A stretch of 32,479 nucleotides of DNA from Actinomycetota bacterium (GTDB lineage Bacteria; Actinomycetota; UBA4738): positions 1 through 32,479 of the forward strand of contig DASPTB010000132.1 of the NCBI GenBank assembly GCA_035623615.1. The letters run 5' to 3'. The notes beneath the pieces were generated by a model. It was not told the origin of the DNA. It worked only from the letters and a program-made list of their open reading frames with translations, and searched no databases. Made by a program: the position numbers and the translations under genes. Of the stretch, positions 32,311 to 32,479 are shown piece by piece; positions within the stretch are counted from its first letter, which is position 1; the number at the start of each line of letters is the position of its first letter.

Positions 32311-32479
32311 TTGCGTTTGCAGACTGTCGACGACGCCGGAGTCGCCGTGAGGGCGACCCGGCCCGGGCCCCCAAGCGCCGGGTACCCCCCGCCCGGGGAA
32401 GACCTCCCCACTTGGAGGTCCTCTTCAGGAGCGCGCGTCGGCGGCCGATGGCTCGTCGTATGGAGACCGCACACCGGCC

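Noticed and set aside
32259-32474. 71-aa minus-strand ORF at the right edge
   Set aside because: It reads through the terminator hairpin and has a non-protein-like composition. The region is better explained as structured non-coding RNA or a UTR.
1-32479. CRISPR arrays, IS elements, integrases, prophage or defence-system genes
   Set aside because: I saw no spaced direct repeats, terminal inverted repeats or transposase, recombinase, nuclease or helicase-like ORFs. The only toxin-family resemblance is the orphan NTase-like ORF reported above.

Overview
High-GC (about 70% by eye), actinobacterium-like chromosomal segment. I recognise 32 protein-coding genes in about eight transcription units. 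Many cistrons are coupled by 4-nt GTGA/ATGA stop/start overlaps, and more than half of my start calls are GTG. I found no rRNA, tRNA, CRISPR array, transposase/integrase or transcription-factor gene. The content is catabolic and strongly biased toward urea-, guanidino- and amide-nitrogen chemistry. Left to right: (1) a 5'-truncated ureohydrolase followed by mmsA-hyi-glxR and an LLM oxidoreductase; (2) a lone DUF1989 protein, the family of carboxyguanidine deiminase and urea-carboxylase-associated proteins; (3) an SDR convergent with a 2-oxoacid dehydrogenase E1alpha/E1beta operon whose E2 has only lipoyl and E3-binding domains; (4) a seven-gene operon headed by an apparently leaderless, lower-GC nucleotidyltransferase-like ORF, followed by Zn-ADH, a second agmatinase-family ureohydrolase, amidohydrolase, D-2-hydroxyacid dehydrogenase, M19 dipeptidase and a lipoprotein; (5) a secreted TIGR03118-like beta-propeller protein; (6) a Rieske oxygenase divergent from a urease-like ureABC that has no ureDEFG, an apparently shortened active-site segment and an SDR as fourth cistron; (7) a five-gene peptide/nickel-type ABC importer divergent from (8) a Tat-signal flavin amine oxidase, CE4 deacetylase, C45 Ntn-hydrolase and a second LLM oxidoreductase. 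The best candidates for something undescribed are the accessory-less divergent urease-like module with its Rieske partner, the catalytic-core-less E2 system, and the ureohydrolase/dipeptidase operon. Together they may form one nitrogen-scavenging island for substituted ureas or guanidines. All family calls come from motif recognition by eye. No database search was possible.
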